Origin: Candidatus Bathyarchaeota archaeon
GTDB taxonomy: Archaea > Thermoproteota > Bathyarchaeia > Bathyarchaeales > Bathycorpusculaceae
Assembly: GCA_963777155.1 (NCBI GenBank)
Contig: CAVZPM010000001.1
Coordinates: forward strand, 96,001 to 160,000
Direction of reading: 5' to 3'
Length of the DNA stretch: 64,000 nucleotides
Below the pieces are notes generated by a model, which was given only the letters and a program-made list of their open reading frames with translations, ran no database searches and was not told the origin of the DNA. Below, piece after piece: positions 9,892 to 19,136 of the stretch. The translations under genes were made by a program, and so were the position numbers. Each line of letters begins with the position of its first letter. Position 1 is the stretch's first letter.

Positions 9892-10820
9892 TTCTTTATC
9901 TCCTTTTTGCCTTTGCATTCGTTCAGCCAGAGCTCGGTGAACTCTTGGTAGTTTTGGGAGACTTTTTCTACTGCTTCTTTTCTGGTTGTTTTCCCTGCTT
10001 TGTGGTCTGCCAATGGTTCCCAGAAGATTGTTCTGCCAACTGCAAACCCGATGATGCCTGGGATTTTTGCTCCCACTTTAAGCCACTCCTGAACTTTCTC
10101 CTTGGATTCGCCGCGTCCCAAGGTGATGACACCTACTTTTCTGCCGCCGCTCTGGGCCTGTTTAACCACAGCTTTGGCGGCTTCCGGTTTGTCCACGCCC
10201 TCCAGCTTCCAAATCGTTGGTTCGACGCATGCATCCTGAATCTCTTTTATGGAATCAACCATCAATTTGGGGCGCAGTTCTTGGTCGTATTTTTCTTTTG
10301 ACCCGCCAAGTTTTGCAAGCTGGGCTGCTGTTGAGGGAACAATTAGTTCGAAGAGGAACGTTCGTTTTTTCTGTGTTAAATACTCGCTGAGTTTCTTTAG
10401 GCGCTGCAGTTGTCTCTTGTTCATGACTGCGTCACCTTCAGGGTTGTACCTAACCAGCACTTTTACGAAGGTAGGGTCGAATTCCTCAATGTGTTTAGCA
10501 AAATTTTCTCCATAATCGAAGTCAAATTCGTCTTGACCTGACTTCTCCACGGGCATCGCGAACATTAATCCGTCTTTTCTTGCTTCACGCAGGACACCAG
10601 CGCCGAACTCTTCATCTACCAGTAGGCCAGCTATGTCTTTGGGAACTTTTTTCTTTGTGGCTAGTCGGAAGCCTTCAAAAATTATTTTCTTGTAGTCTTC
10701 GATTTGCCGCTTTTCTTCAGGGGTTGGTTGACGACCTTTAATGCCGAACATTTTTTCCAGGAAAGACGCTCGATGGTCAAATGCTAAAATTAACAGCTCT
10801 TTCTGCGACCAGTCTATCAC
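9888..10820 (-). CDS. DUF2090-like class I aldolase-fold (TIM barrel) protein
   Basis: LAFDHR, VKVLVRYNP, FELIVP, WKLEG (candidate Schiff-base Lys), LGRG and GFAVGRTIFW resemble LacD/DUF2090. Confidence 0.8.
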   Translation of the reverse strand: MIDWSQKELLILAFDHRASFLEKMFGIKGRQPTPEEKRQIEDYKKIIFEGFRLATKKKVPKDIAGLLVDEEFGAGVLREARKDGLMFAMPVEKSGQDEFDFDYGENFAKHIEEFDPTFVKVLVRYNPEGDAVMNKRQLQRLKKLSEYLTQKKRTFLFELIVPSTAAQLAKLGGSKEKYDQELRPKLMVDSIKEIQDACVEPTIWKLEGVDKPEAAKAVVKQAQSGGRKVGVITLGRGESKEKVQEWLKVGAKIPGIIGFAVGRTIFWEPLADHKAGKTTRKEAVEKVSQNYQEFTELWLNECKGKKEIKK

Positions 10821-11011
10821 TTAAGTCACCGTGCTTGTATTTTGTATGTCTCTCTAATAAAGCGTTATTGCCACAGCCGTTACATTTAACGGCTCCCAAA
10901 CCTCTCGTCATGAATAAACATGCAATTCGGCATTAAGATTTGCGCGCTGATTTGTTCATATAGAAATCATGAAATATCTAAACCCTCCATAAGTGGTGCA
11001 GAGGTATCTGG

Positions 11012-11512
11012 ATGAGCGAAACACGAACTGTCACTGTGAAACTTCCTGAAGAAGTCTACCAGGAAATGGCGCTGCGTATCCCCGAAGGAGACAGAAGCAC
11101 ATTTATCCGAGAAGCCATTTCTGAGAAACTCCAGAAAACACCCAAACCCGATATCCTATTGGCGCTGCAAGAGCGAATGGGAAGAGTCGAGCAGGAATTT
11201 GGTCAAATCCGCAAATACCTTGCCGACCTAGAAATCCTCACTTTTCAACATGGAAAAATCGACCCCCATACCTTCTGCCTCGATGAGGTGGACCATAAAA
11301 TCATGGAGTACCTGATGCATTACAAGTCAGCAACGACACCCGAACTTGCAGAATACGTTAAGACCAACCGCTGGCTCATCTTGAATCGGCTGCAGAAAAT
11401 CCAGAAAAAAAGTAAAAAACAAACTGGAAAATCAATAATCGAATATTATGGTGGCGAGCGTTCTGGTAAGAAGAAGGCTTGGTGGATAGACCAAGAGTTA
11501 ATTCAGGAATAA
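11012..11512 (+). CDS. Ribbon-helix-helix plus wHTH putative regulator
   Basis: N-terminal TVTVKLP...RSTFIREAI, a central coiled coil and a C-terminal HTH (TTPELAEYV). Confidence 0.65.
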   Translation: MSETRTVTVKLPEEVYQEMALRIPEGDRSTFIREAISEKLQKTPKPDILLALQERMGRVEQEFGQIRKYLADLEILTFQHGKIDPHTFCLDEVDHKIMEYLMHYKSATTPELAEYVKTNRWLILNRLQKIQKKSKKQTGKSIIEYYGGERSGKKKAWWIDQELIQE

Positions 11513-11552
11513 GTTATCTTTAAATCGATAAGTCATGTTTGTTTGGCGTTGT

Positions 11553-11631
11553 GGGCTCGTAGTCTAGCACGGATTAAGGCATCGGCCTCCGGAGCCGAGA
11601 ATCCTGGGTTCAAATCCCAGCGGGCCCGCCA
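11553..11631 (+). tRNA. tRNA-Arg(CCG), intron-less, CCA encoded
   Basis: GGGCTCG/CGGGCCC acceptor stem; TCGGC-CT-CCG-GA-GCCGA anticodon arm; GTTCAAATC T-loop; TTTAAA box upstream. Confidence 0.97.
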
Positions 11632-11639
11632 CCCTTTTG

Positions 11640-13133
11640 TCAAAATAGGCTCTTTATGTATTTTAGGATGAGTTGCGGCTGGCTAAACGCCGTTTTGAGT
11701 GCTTTTCCAGGATGCTTGATGTGCCCCAATAGTGATAGCTTCTTGTATTCAGCTAGAGCCTTTGCCGCTATTTCTTTTACTTGTACGGGTGTGAACTCGT
11801 TAGTTGTGATAAGCGGCATGCCTTTTGGTTGCCTTGCCTCAGCAAATGCATTCCAAGTAAGGTCTTGTCGGATGTAGCCTTTGGCTTTGCAGTCCTCATA
11901 AAGCCTTGTTCCATAAGAGGGTGTGGCCATGAACAAATGCATTCCAACGTCATATTTCCGTTTCAGCTCAAGCGCAAAATCCACTGTTCGTAGCATGTTC
12001 TCTTTTGTTTCGCCTGGGAAACCGATTATGTAGAAGGCTCCTGTTTTCAGCCCTATTTGTTTGGCGTCTTTTGCGAATTGAACTACACGCTTTAAGTCCA
12101 GGCTCTTGCAGATCACGGTGTCGAGGACATTTTGGTCGCCTGATTCTACACCCACAAAGATGCTGTTGGCTCCTGACTGTTTCATCTTCTTTAGCAGTTC
12201 CAAGTTTAGGCAGTCTGCGCGGACGCCGTTGGGGGTTTCCCAGCCAATTTTGATTTTTCGCTCGATTATTCCATCGCAGATGGCTTCGAATCTTTTGAGG
12301 TCTAAGGTTAGGTTGTCGTCTTCAAAAAAGATGTTCTTAACCTTAAACTTGTCAACCACAAATTGAATGTGGTCCAAGACGTATTGGGCTGAATGTGCCC
12401 TGAAACGTTGCCCCATGTGGAGATGCACGGCGCAGAAGCAGCAGTTAAAGGGGCAGCCTCGGCTGGTAATCATGGATATGGCTCGGTCTTGGAAACTACG
12501 ATAACCGACGCCTTCAGGCGGGTTTAGATAGCGCTCCATATCCACTAAGTCGTAAGCGGGGTAAGGTAACTGATCCAAGTTATCGATAAACGGTCTTGAT
12601 TTATTCAAAATAATTTCGCTTTTTTGGCGGTAAGCGATACCTAAAACTTCACTGAGGTTCTTTTTGCCTTCAAAGGCTTGGGTGACTTCCAGCATGGCGT
12701 ATTCGCCTTCACCCGTAACCGCTATATCCACGTCTCTGGCTTCTTTAAGGAACTCTTTAGGAACCAACGTGACGTGTGGACCGCCCACTATTGTTAGGAT
12801 TTTTGGGTTTACTTGTTTGGTCAGGTTGCTGATTTTAAGCGCGTTGCCGATTTGGCTAGTGAAGGGTCCCGCGATACCGACGATGTCGGGGCGGCGTTTT
12901 TCTATTTCCTGTTTCATCAACTCAGCGGGCAAGCCGACGTTTATGGTTTCACTATCCTCTTGAAAAACAGAGCCAGCCCCCATGAAGGCGTCTAAAATCT
13001 CCACTGGGTAACCTGATTTCTTGAGCACCGCAGCTATGTACATTAAACCAATAGGCAAGTTGCCTGCGGGTTGCTCAGAACCTGGATAAAACGTCTGCGG
13101 CGGATTGATTAGAAGAACTTTCATTGAATGCAC
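11640..13133 (-). CDS. B12-binding radical SAM protein
   Basis: LLINPP, PIGLMYIAA and GGPH (B12 domain); TSRGCPFNCCFC; GVESG; IIGFPGET. Confidence 0.92.
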   Translation of the reverse strand: MHSMKVLLINPPQTFYPGSEQPAGNLPIGLMYIAAVLKKSGYPVEILDAFMGAGSVFQEDSETINVGLPAELMKQEIEKRRPDIVGIAGPFTSQIGNALKISNLTKQVNPKILTIVGGPHVTLVPKEFLKEARDVDIAVTGEGEYAMLEVTQAFEGKKNLSEVLGIAYRQKSEIILNKSRPFIDNLDQLPYPAYDLVDMERYLNPPEGVGYRSFQDRAISMITSRGCPFNCCFCAVHLHMGQRFRAHSAQYVLDHIQFVVDKFKVKNIFFEDDNLTLDLKRFEAICDGIIERKIKIGWETPNGVRADCLNLELLKKMKQSGANSIFVGVESGDQNVLDTVICKSLDLKRVVQFAKDAKQIGLKTGAFYIIGFPGETKENMLRTVDFALELKRKYDVGMHLFMATPSYGTRLYEDCKAKGYIRQDLTWNAFAEARQPKGMPLITTNEFTPVQVKEIAAKALAEYKKLSLLGHIKHPGKALKTAFSQPQLILKYIKSLF

Positions 13134-13358
13134 CCAGAGGATTAGCTAGTTGATGTGCTGGGATCTAAATTAATTTATTGTGGTCAGTTAACTTCAGAAA
13201 TCATTTCACAAAGCTGGTTCATGTATAATTAATTTATTGACTAGATTTTTCAAGAGTTAGTTGGCATGTTACTGTTATGCCACTACAACATAGCTTTATG
13301 AGCGGTTGTTCGGCTCTATACTTGTCAACTTTTCGATAGTTTCGTAGGAGGTGAAATT

Positions 13359-13676
13359 TTGAGTATGCGAACTGAAGAAAGGAAGGGTAAAATGACCGTC
13401 GCTGAAGCAGGCAGGAAAGGAGGAGAAAAAACAGCTTCAACACACGGACGCGAATTCTATGAAGAAATTGGCCGCAAAGGAGGCGAAAAAGTCTCTCATG
13501 AAAGAGGCCCTGAATTCTATAGTGAGATTGGAAGCAAAGGTGGTTCCGAACGAGCCAAACAGCACGAAGGCTCAGCAGAAGCAGAAGGCAAGACGAGCCT
13601 CGAAGAAGCTGGTCATAGAGGTGGACAGAGAGTTCGACGACTAATCCAAGCCGGTAGAGCGCATGAGGTAGAATAG
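13359..13676 (+). CDS. KGG-repeat general stress protein (GsiB/YciG/LEA-like)
   Basis: Repeated EAGRKGG / FYEEIGRKGG / FYSEIGSKGG; strong AGGAGGTGA RBS. Confidence 0.9.
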   Translation: MSMRTEERKGKMTVAEAGRKGGEKTASTHGREFYEEIGRKGGEKVSHERGPEFYSEIGSKGGSERAKQHEGSAEAEGKTSLEEAGHRGGQRVRRLIQAGRAHEVE

Positions 13677-13841
13677 GCTCATGTTCCAGCGAAGAACTTT
13701 TTTCATTTTTTCAAGATTTTGTCTGTAGGAAGAGGTGACTTTTTGGAAGAAAGAAGGGACGAGGTTGGCTCTATCTTTTTTCCGGTTTTAGCCCCCAAAG
13801 AATAGGAAATGTTGAAATAACTTCTTGTTTATTTTTTATTT

Positions 13842-14285
13842 ATGAAAAAGATTCTTGTTCTCTATTATAGTCGAACTGGAAATACTGAAAAAATGGCTAA
13901 TGCTGTGGCTGAAGGTGCAAAAAGCGGTAGCGATGTTGAGGTGGAACTTAGTTATCATGTGGATGCGGAAAGTTTGGGTTCCTATGATGCCATTATTGTC
14001 GGATCACCAACCTACCACCATGATATGCCCGTTGATTTCAAGAATCTTTTTGAGGAAGCAGCTGTAAAAGGAATAAGTTTGAAAGGCAAGATAGGCGCCG
14101 TATTTGGCTCCTATGGTTGGAGCGGTGAAGCACCAAAGCTTCTGTTGGAGATTATGAAGTACAAGTTCGAAATGGAGATAGCTGAATCACCCTTTCTTGC
14201 AAAGTACCTGCCAGATCAAAGCATGTTAAACGCCTGCAGGGCTCTTGGAGCGAAGGTTTCCGAAAGCTTGATGAATCGGGCTTAA
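13842..14285 (+). CDS. Flavodoxin
   Basis: YYSRTGNTEKMA, GSPTY and FGSYGWSG. Confidence 0.92.
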   Translation: MKKILVLYYSRTGNTEKMANAVAEGAKSGSDVEVELSYHVDAESLGSYDAIIVGSPTYHHDMPVDFKNLFEEAAVKGISLKGKIGAVFGSYGWSGEAPKLLLEIMKYKFEMEIAESPFLAKYLPDQSMLNACRALGAKVSESLMNRA

Positions 14286-14309
14286 CACTTAGCGATAGGA
14301 GAAAAGTTT

Positions 14310-14795
14310 ATGGAAAAAAAGAAGGATAATCTTCTTGACTTTTTGAAGAACCAAGTTACAGTTGAAAACGAAATTGTTTCTTCCCTTGAGAAAGCAATTG
14401 TTGACATGAAGAATCCTGCAGTTAAGGGGGTTTTGAAGGGTGTATCATTGGATTCTGTCAAGCACGCTGAACTCTACACTGCAGCTATTACATTGCTTAC
14501 CCAGTCTTCTACTGCCTTAAACCAGGGGGAGCTAGATGTGCAACGCGAGCTTGTCAAAAAGCACATCGAGATTGAGGCAAAACTGATACGGGTACTTAAT
14601 ACGATGATTCCCTCCATCGAAAACGAAAAGGTTGTGTTTTTGCTGAAAGCCATACTAAACGATGAAATCCGACATCACGCCATGCTAAAGATGCTTCTAG
14701 AAATAATTGTTCAGGGCGAAACCATCACGGAAGCTGACTGGTGGAAGATGCTCTGGGAAAACGTTCCGTTCCACGGCGCACCTGGCGGCGGCTAA
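14310..14795 (+). CDS. Ferritin/rubrerythrin-like four-helix protein
   Basis: E..DSVKH and HIEIE...DEIRHH di-iron-like motifs. Confidence 0.75.
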   Translation: MEKKKDNLLDFLKNQVTVENEIVSSLEKAIVDMKNPAVKGVLKGVSLDSVKHAELYTAAITLLTQSSTALNQGELDVQRELVKKHIEIEAKLIRVLNTMIPSIENEKVVFLLKAILNDEIRHHAMLKMLLEIIVQGETITEADWWKMLWENVPFHGAPGGG

Positions 14796-14815
14796 ACGAA
14801 AAATCGGAGTTTAGG

Positions 14816-15760
14816 CTAAGCGTTGTCGTTGCTGCTTATGACTTGCTGTGAAGAGCACCAGGTGTCGTCAACTATCTGCTGGAGCTCCGTTAGCACTGTG
14901 GCTAACATTTCGCCTTTGCTGGTTAAACCGTAGGCTTTGGGGGTTCTTCTTATGAAGACAAGTTTTTTGCCTTTCAATCCCCTGAGATACTTGTAGGTTC
15001 TTCGCATGGAAAGCCCTGTTTCTTTGGCAAGTTTCCCAGCAGAAATTCCTTCAGTGGGCAGTGCATCGTAGACTTTACGTTCCGTTTCCGCAAAGGTTTC
15101 TTTGTCTGGGTCACGTTTGGATTTAAAGAAGAATATGTAATCGCGCTCTTCAGGGGTTTCTATTAAACCAACTGAGCGCAGTCGTTTTAGAATTCTTGAG
15201 GATATCTTTGAGGAAATCAAGGTTTCTATTTGGTCAAAGGTTTTGGGACCGGAAAGTAACTCGCGTAGGAGGGTTTCCTCGTAGCATTCGGAGTGTGCGG
15301 GGAGCACTTCTGCAAATTCAGGGAAGTCGCCAAGCAGGTTTGTTAGGCGTCCGCCGAATGTGGTGGCATAGTATTCATCTCGTGACTCGGTTGCTAGTCC
15401 AACTGCCATTAAAGGTTGGAGGTATTCCTCGTTTATGGTGTCTTGGCTGTGGGAATAACCATTTTTTTTAAGTTCTTGTTGAAGCTGGCTGACTGAGTAT
15501 CTACCGTTAACTATTGCTTTTAAGATGTGGAGACGTGTTTCGTTCTTTAATACGTTGAATAATTCTTTTATGTAGTTGGGGTTGTCCATAGTTTCTCGGA
15601 GTTTTCGGAGTTCGTTTTTGAGTTTGTAGACTTGGCAACGTGTAATGCATTCTAGAGGCGAAGTTGGTGCGCAGTTTCTGCATTCCGCATCTAGTGTTTT
15701 TAACATTGATGTCAAGTCGCGGTTTTCGCCCGTTCGGTTGGTTTGTAGGACGTTACCCAT
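14816..15760 (-). CDS. Multi-winged-helix protein with N-terminal four-Cys cluster
   Basis: CRNCAPTSPLECITRC followed by ArsR-like wHTH units (ETRLHILK, YYATTFG, YGLTSKG); AAGGAG RBS before the ATG at 15760. Confidence 0.7.
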   Translation of the reverse strand: MGNVLQTNRTGENRDLTSMLKTLDAECRNCAPTSPLECITRCQVYKLKNELRKLRETMDNPNYIKELFNVLKNETRLHILKAIVNGRYSVSQLQQELKKNGYSHSQDTINEEYLQPLMAVGLATESRDEYYATTFGGRLTNLLGDFPEFAEVLPAHSECYEETLLRELLSGPKTFDQIETLISSKISSRILKRLRSVGLIETPEERDYIFFFKSKRDPDKETFAETERKVYDALPTEGISAGKLAKETGLSMRRTYKYLRGLKGKKLVFIRRTPKAYGLTSKGEMLATVLTELQQIVDDTWCSSQQVISSNDNA

Positions 15761-15852
15761 TTGTTTGTTCTCCTTTGTGGCGTATGTTGGACAGGTGAAG
15801 GGTCGTGTGTTTGTGCAAAATTGCGGCTTTGTTGCTACCTGTCTTGACACGC

Positions 15853-15867
15853 GTCATAAATTATGAC
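15853..15867. promoter_or_regulatory. Perfect 7-1-7 inverted repeat, candidate operator
   Basis: GTCATAA-A-TTATGAC lies between divergent regulators, just upstream of the TATTTAAATA box. Confidence 0.55.
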
Positions 15868-15908
15868 AATCGGCATATTTAAATACATTTTCCCCAGAAA
15901 TACCCTAA

Positions 15909-16298
15909 TTGGTGCATAATTTGATACTACCATGCGAAGTCGGAGTAAAAACTGTTCTTCCCGCAGTAAAGGCGGTAATGGCAAGATCTATTGTGGAAAA
16001 ACATGGCTTAAACGAAAAACAAACCGCCGACATCTTGGGGTTATCACAGTCCGCTGTTAGCAGGTATGTTGGACGTGAAAGAGGCAACCTTCTCGAAATC
16101 GAGGGAACAACTGAAGTAATAGCTCTTATAGACCAAATGGTCACACACCTCATAGAACGACCCGACAACAAAACAGAATTCTTAAAACTCTTCTGCCAAA
16201 CATGTCAAACCATACGGGAAAAAGGTTTAATGTGCGCACACTGCCAAAAAGAAATGCCCCTTGACTGGGCAGAAAAATGCTTGTTCTGCAGGGAGTAA
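15909..16298 (+). CDS. HTH transcriptional regulator (COG2522-like) with C-terminal Cys cluster
   Basis: LPCE...VLPAVK, HTH LGLSQSAVSRY, RG, and CxxC / CxxC / CxxC. Confidence 0.8.
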   Translation: MVHNLILPCEVGVKTVLPAVKAVMARSIVEKHGLNEKQTADILGLSQSAVSRYVGRERGNLLEIEGTTEVIALIDQMVTHLIERPDNKTEFLKLFCQTCQTIREKGLMCAHCQKEMPLDWAEKCLFCRE

Positions 16299-16356
16299 AC
16301 CCCAATTAAAACTTATTAAAAACATTGTTTTTACCTCTGAGAGAGAAGATTTCGTT

Positions 16357-16782
16357 TTGACCCAAAATGGTATAATTGACATACTTAAAAAAACAAAAAC
16401 TATAGCAATAATCGGATTATCCCCAGATCCACAAAAGCACAGCTTCAAAGTAGGTCTTTACCTTAAACATCATGGTTACCGCATCATACCTGTAAATCCT
16501 CTTGCCTCGGAGATTTTGGGTGAGAAAAGCTACAAGAACCTACTCAGCATACCGGAGGGACTCCAGAAAACCATAGACATCGTTGACATCTTTAGAAAAC
16601 CAACAGATATGCCACCCATTGTTGATCAAGTCATCCAAATCAAAGCCAAGTTTGACAGACCATTTGTGGTTTGGATGCAATCAGGCATAATAAATGAGCA
16701 AGCGGCTGAAGCGGCAAGAAAGGCTGGGTTAATTGTGGTTATGAATAAGTGCTTGATGGTTGAGCATCGCAAGTTAACGTAA
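16357..16782 (+). CDS. CoA-binding protein (YccU-like)
   Basis: IAIIGLS, IIPVNP, DIVDIFR, VWMQSGI and NKCLMVEH; the start is approximate. Confidence 0.9.
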   Translation: MTQNGIIDILKKTKTIAIIGLSPDPQKHSFKVGLYLKHHGYRIIPVNPLASEILGEKSYKNLLSIPEGLQKTIDIVDIFRKPTDMPPIVDQVIQIKAKFDRPFVVWMQSGIINEQAAEAARKAGLIVVMNKCLMVEHRKLT

Positions 16783-16787
16783 ATGCG

Positions 16788-17651
16788 TTATGCGGCACCT
16801 AACAGCAGTGAAGCAACTGTTGCGATAACTACGATTGCAAATGTTTCCAGTAATGTTATTTTCCAGTTGACGCGTGTTTTCTTTGATCGGTAACGCACCA
16901 AAAAGATACCTACTATTAAGCTAACTAGGATCAGTGAAACGATTATGTTAAAGGGCGAGGGCAATAAGATATAGGCTGCTATGGGAATTATCCCTGCAAT
17001 GAAAGTTGTAGTACCACAGATAATCGCAGCGTAGAGATTAGATCTGTGGATTTGTTTGCCCAGCAAGGTGAAGAGTTTTTGCACCAAAAGCAGTGATTTG
17101 TCACGTTCTTTTTTGTCTGGTATATCGCTTAAGCTGTAGTTCATGAGCGTTTGAAGCGTCATGATGTCTGAGAGGTCTTCTGTTATGCCACCGAGGAGGA
17201 AGCTTGAGAAGTTAGTGATGGCAACTGCGCTCAGTGTTAGAAAGGCGGCGAAGATGACTGCATTCATGTTGTTTAGGAAGCTTGATGTTGATGTGAGTGT
17301 GGCTATGAAGGCGGATAGGATAACGACCAGGCTTGTTACTGAGCCATCGACCAATCCAGCAACGACTTCCATGATGGGCTCTTTTTTTAACAGGAGACTT
17401 TCCCATTCTTTGCCCAGTTTTTGTCCTTGAGCAGTTAACTGCAATGCCTCGTCTTTTTCGACGATGAGCCCTTCCATTGACATTTCTTTTAATGCTTTAT
17501 CCAGTTCATTCATTTCGATGCATGTAAAGTTGATGCAGACATGGTCAATTCGGTTTTTCAGTGTTGTTTTTTTTATTTTGGCGCCTTTGCTGAGGTTTAA
17601 TAGGACAATGACTCGAATAACGTCGGGTAACTCTTGGATTTCAAAGGCCAC
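16788..17651 (-). CDS. wHTH fused to a VIT1/CCC1-like membrane domain
   Basis: N-terminal wHTH (GLIVEKDEALQLTAQG), then VVAGLVDG matching the VIT1 TM1 motif, and about five TM helices. Confidence 0.65.
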   Translation of the reverse strand: MAFEIQELPDVIRVIVLLNLSKGAKIKKTTLKNRIDHVCINFTCIEMNELDKALKEMSMEGLIVEKDEALQLTAQGQKLGKEWESLLLKKEPIMEVVAGLVDGSVTSLVVILSAFIATLTSTSSFLNNMNAVIFAAFLTLSAVAITNFSSFLLGGITEDLSDIMTLQTLMNYSLSDIPDKKERDKSLLLVQKLFTLLGKQIHRSNLYAAIICGTTTFIAGIIPIAAYILLPSPFNIIVSLILVSLIVGIFLVRYRSKKTRVNWKITLLETFAIVVIATVASLLLGAA

Positions 17652-17741
17652 TTAATAAATCCACCCGTCTGAAACAATAAATTGTCCTTCCGCTAAGCTA
17701 ATAACTTTTTGCACCAATTCAGAGGAGAAAGAAGATATCTG

Positions 17742-18221
17742 TTATAGAATTTGTTCCAAGGTTTTTAGTATTTCATCATATTTTGGTTCGATTGATGGAC
17801 CCTGTGATATCCAAATGTATCGTACTACGCCTTGCTGATCGATGATAAAGATTGATCGCTTAGCCGCTGTGTATCCTTTAAGCCCTGCAAAATCAGGTAG
17901 TTCCAAATACCACTGCTTAATGACTTCACGCAGGTAATCGCTCAATGCAGGGAATGGGAGACGGCTTTTTTCTGCAAACGCTTTGTTCGAGAAAGGGTCA
18001 TTAACGCTTATACCGATGACTTGGGCATTTAAGTCGACTAACCGAGCCATGGAATCACGAAACTCACATACTTCTTTAGTGCATGTTGAGGTGAAAGCGC
18101 CTACAAAAAATGCTAAAACGACTTTTTTCCCTAAAAACTCACTGAGGCTTCTGGGTTTCAGATCTGTATCGGGCAGGCTAAAATCCGGTGTCTTGTCTCC
18201 AACTTTGATTTGTTAAGTCAT
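17742..18221 (-). pseudogene. Peroxiredoxin (Bcp/AhpE-like) with in-frame TAA at codon 3
   Basis: Reads ATG ACT TAA CAA ATC..., then [12 protein letters not shown] and [15 protein letters not shown] in frame with ORF 17742..18050 ([15 protein letters not shown]). Confidence 0.8.
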
Positions 18222-18277
18222 AAAATCAGTCCTTATTAATAAAAAAAGAAGTTAAGGTTTGTATAAATGGTTGATGC

Positions 18278-18952
18278 TCACCCGAAAGTGAAGGCAGAAG
18301 GACAAATCTTGTTTAAGATGCACATTTCACATTTTGGTTTCTTTGCCATGCAGATTTGTCGGCCATGGAAAATCAGCAGGTCAGTGAAAGGCATCCATTT
18401 TTCTTTGGGTGTAATCTGCATCAGGTTTTGTTCAATCTTGTTCTGTTCTTTTTGTTCCGTTAAACCCAGTCTTTGTGAGAGTCTAGTTACGTGAGTATCA
18501 ACAGCGATGCCAGCAGTTATCCCATAAGCATTGTATAAAACGATGTTAGCGGTTTTGCGTGCGACACCTGGAAGCTCAAGCAACTTCTCCATCGTATTAG
18601 GTACCTGAGAGTGAAATTTCTCAATGAGAAGGAGGCAACAGTTTTGGAGGTTTCTCGCTTTGTTATGATAGAAGCCTGTTGAGTGAATGTCTTGTTCCAA
18701 CTCTTTCAAGTCTGTGTTGGCATAGTCTTGAGGAGTGTGATACTTTTTGAAAAGTTTTTGTGTTACTATGTTGACTTGTACATCTGTTGTTTGTGCGGAG
18801 AGCATGGTTGCGACAAGGATTTCGAGTGGATTGGTGTAGTTTAAGGCGGTTTTAGCGTTTGGGTATTGTTTTTCGAGGAGTTCGATGATTTTCTCTGTCC
18901 TTGTCTTGGGATCTAAGTATATTTGGGGAGTTTTCAAGTTGTCATTCTCCAA
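18278..18952 (-). CDS. nth: Endonuclease III
   Basis: LSAQTTD, HhH LPGVARKTAN, VDTHV and CxxxxxxCxxCxxxxxC FeS motif; the start is approximate. Confidence 0.95.
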   Translation of the reverse strand: MENDNLKTPQIYLDPKTRTEKIIELLEKQYPNAKTALNYTNPLEILVATMLSAQTTDVQVNIVTQKLFKKYHTPQDYANTDLKELEQDIHSTGFYHNKARNLQNCCLLLIEKFHSQVPNTMEKLLELPGVARKTANIVLYNAYGITAGIAVDTHVTRLSQRLGLTEQKEQNKIEQNLMQITPKEKWMPFTDLLIFHGRQICMAKKPKCEMCILNKICPSAFTFG

Positions 18953-19106
18953 GAAACTCGATGATTGATAATGTTTAGCTTTGGATAAAAAAGTTTTGAA
19001 CATGTTTGGTCGATGTTTTATATACTGAACATTTGTGTAATGATTTTCCAATTGGGTGTAAATATGCAAATTAAAAACTTAATGTCTCTGCATAATGTTT
19101 ATATGG

Positions 19107-19134
19107 TTTTCAATAAATTGAAAATGTGTCACAT
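19107..19134 (+). promoter_or_regulatory. Two adjoining inverted repeats just downstream of a TATA box, candidate autoregulatory operator
   Basis: TTTTCAAT-AA-ATTGAAAA and ATGTG-T-CACAT follow TTTATAT. Confidence 0.45.
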
Positions 19135-19136
19135 AA

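Noticed and set aside
13380-13630. DNA repeats in the KGG gene as a repeat array
   Set aside because: They are explained by the protein-level KGG repeats.
18213-18215. Selenocysteine or pyrrolysine readthrough in the peroxiredoxin
   Set aside because: The stop is TAA, not TGA or TAG, and it is not at a catalytic position.
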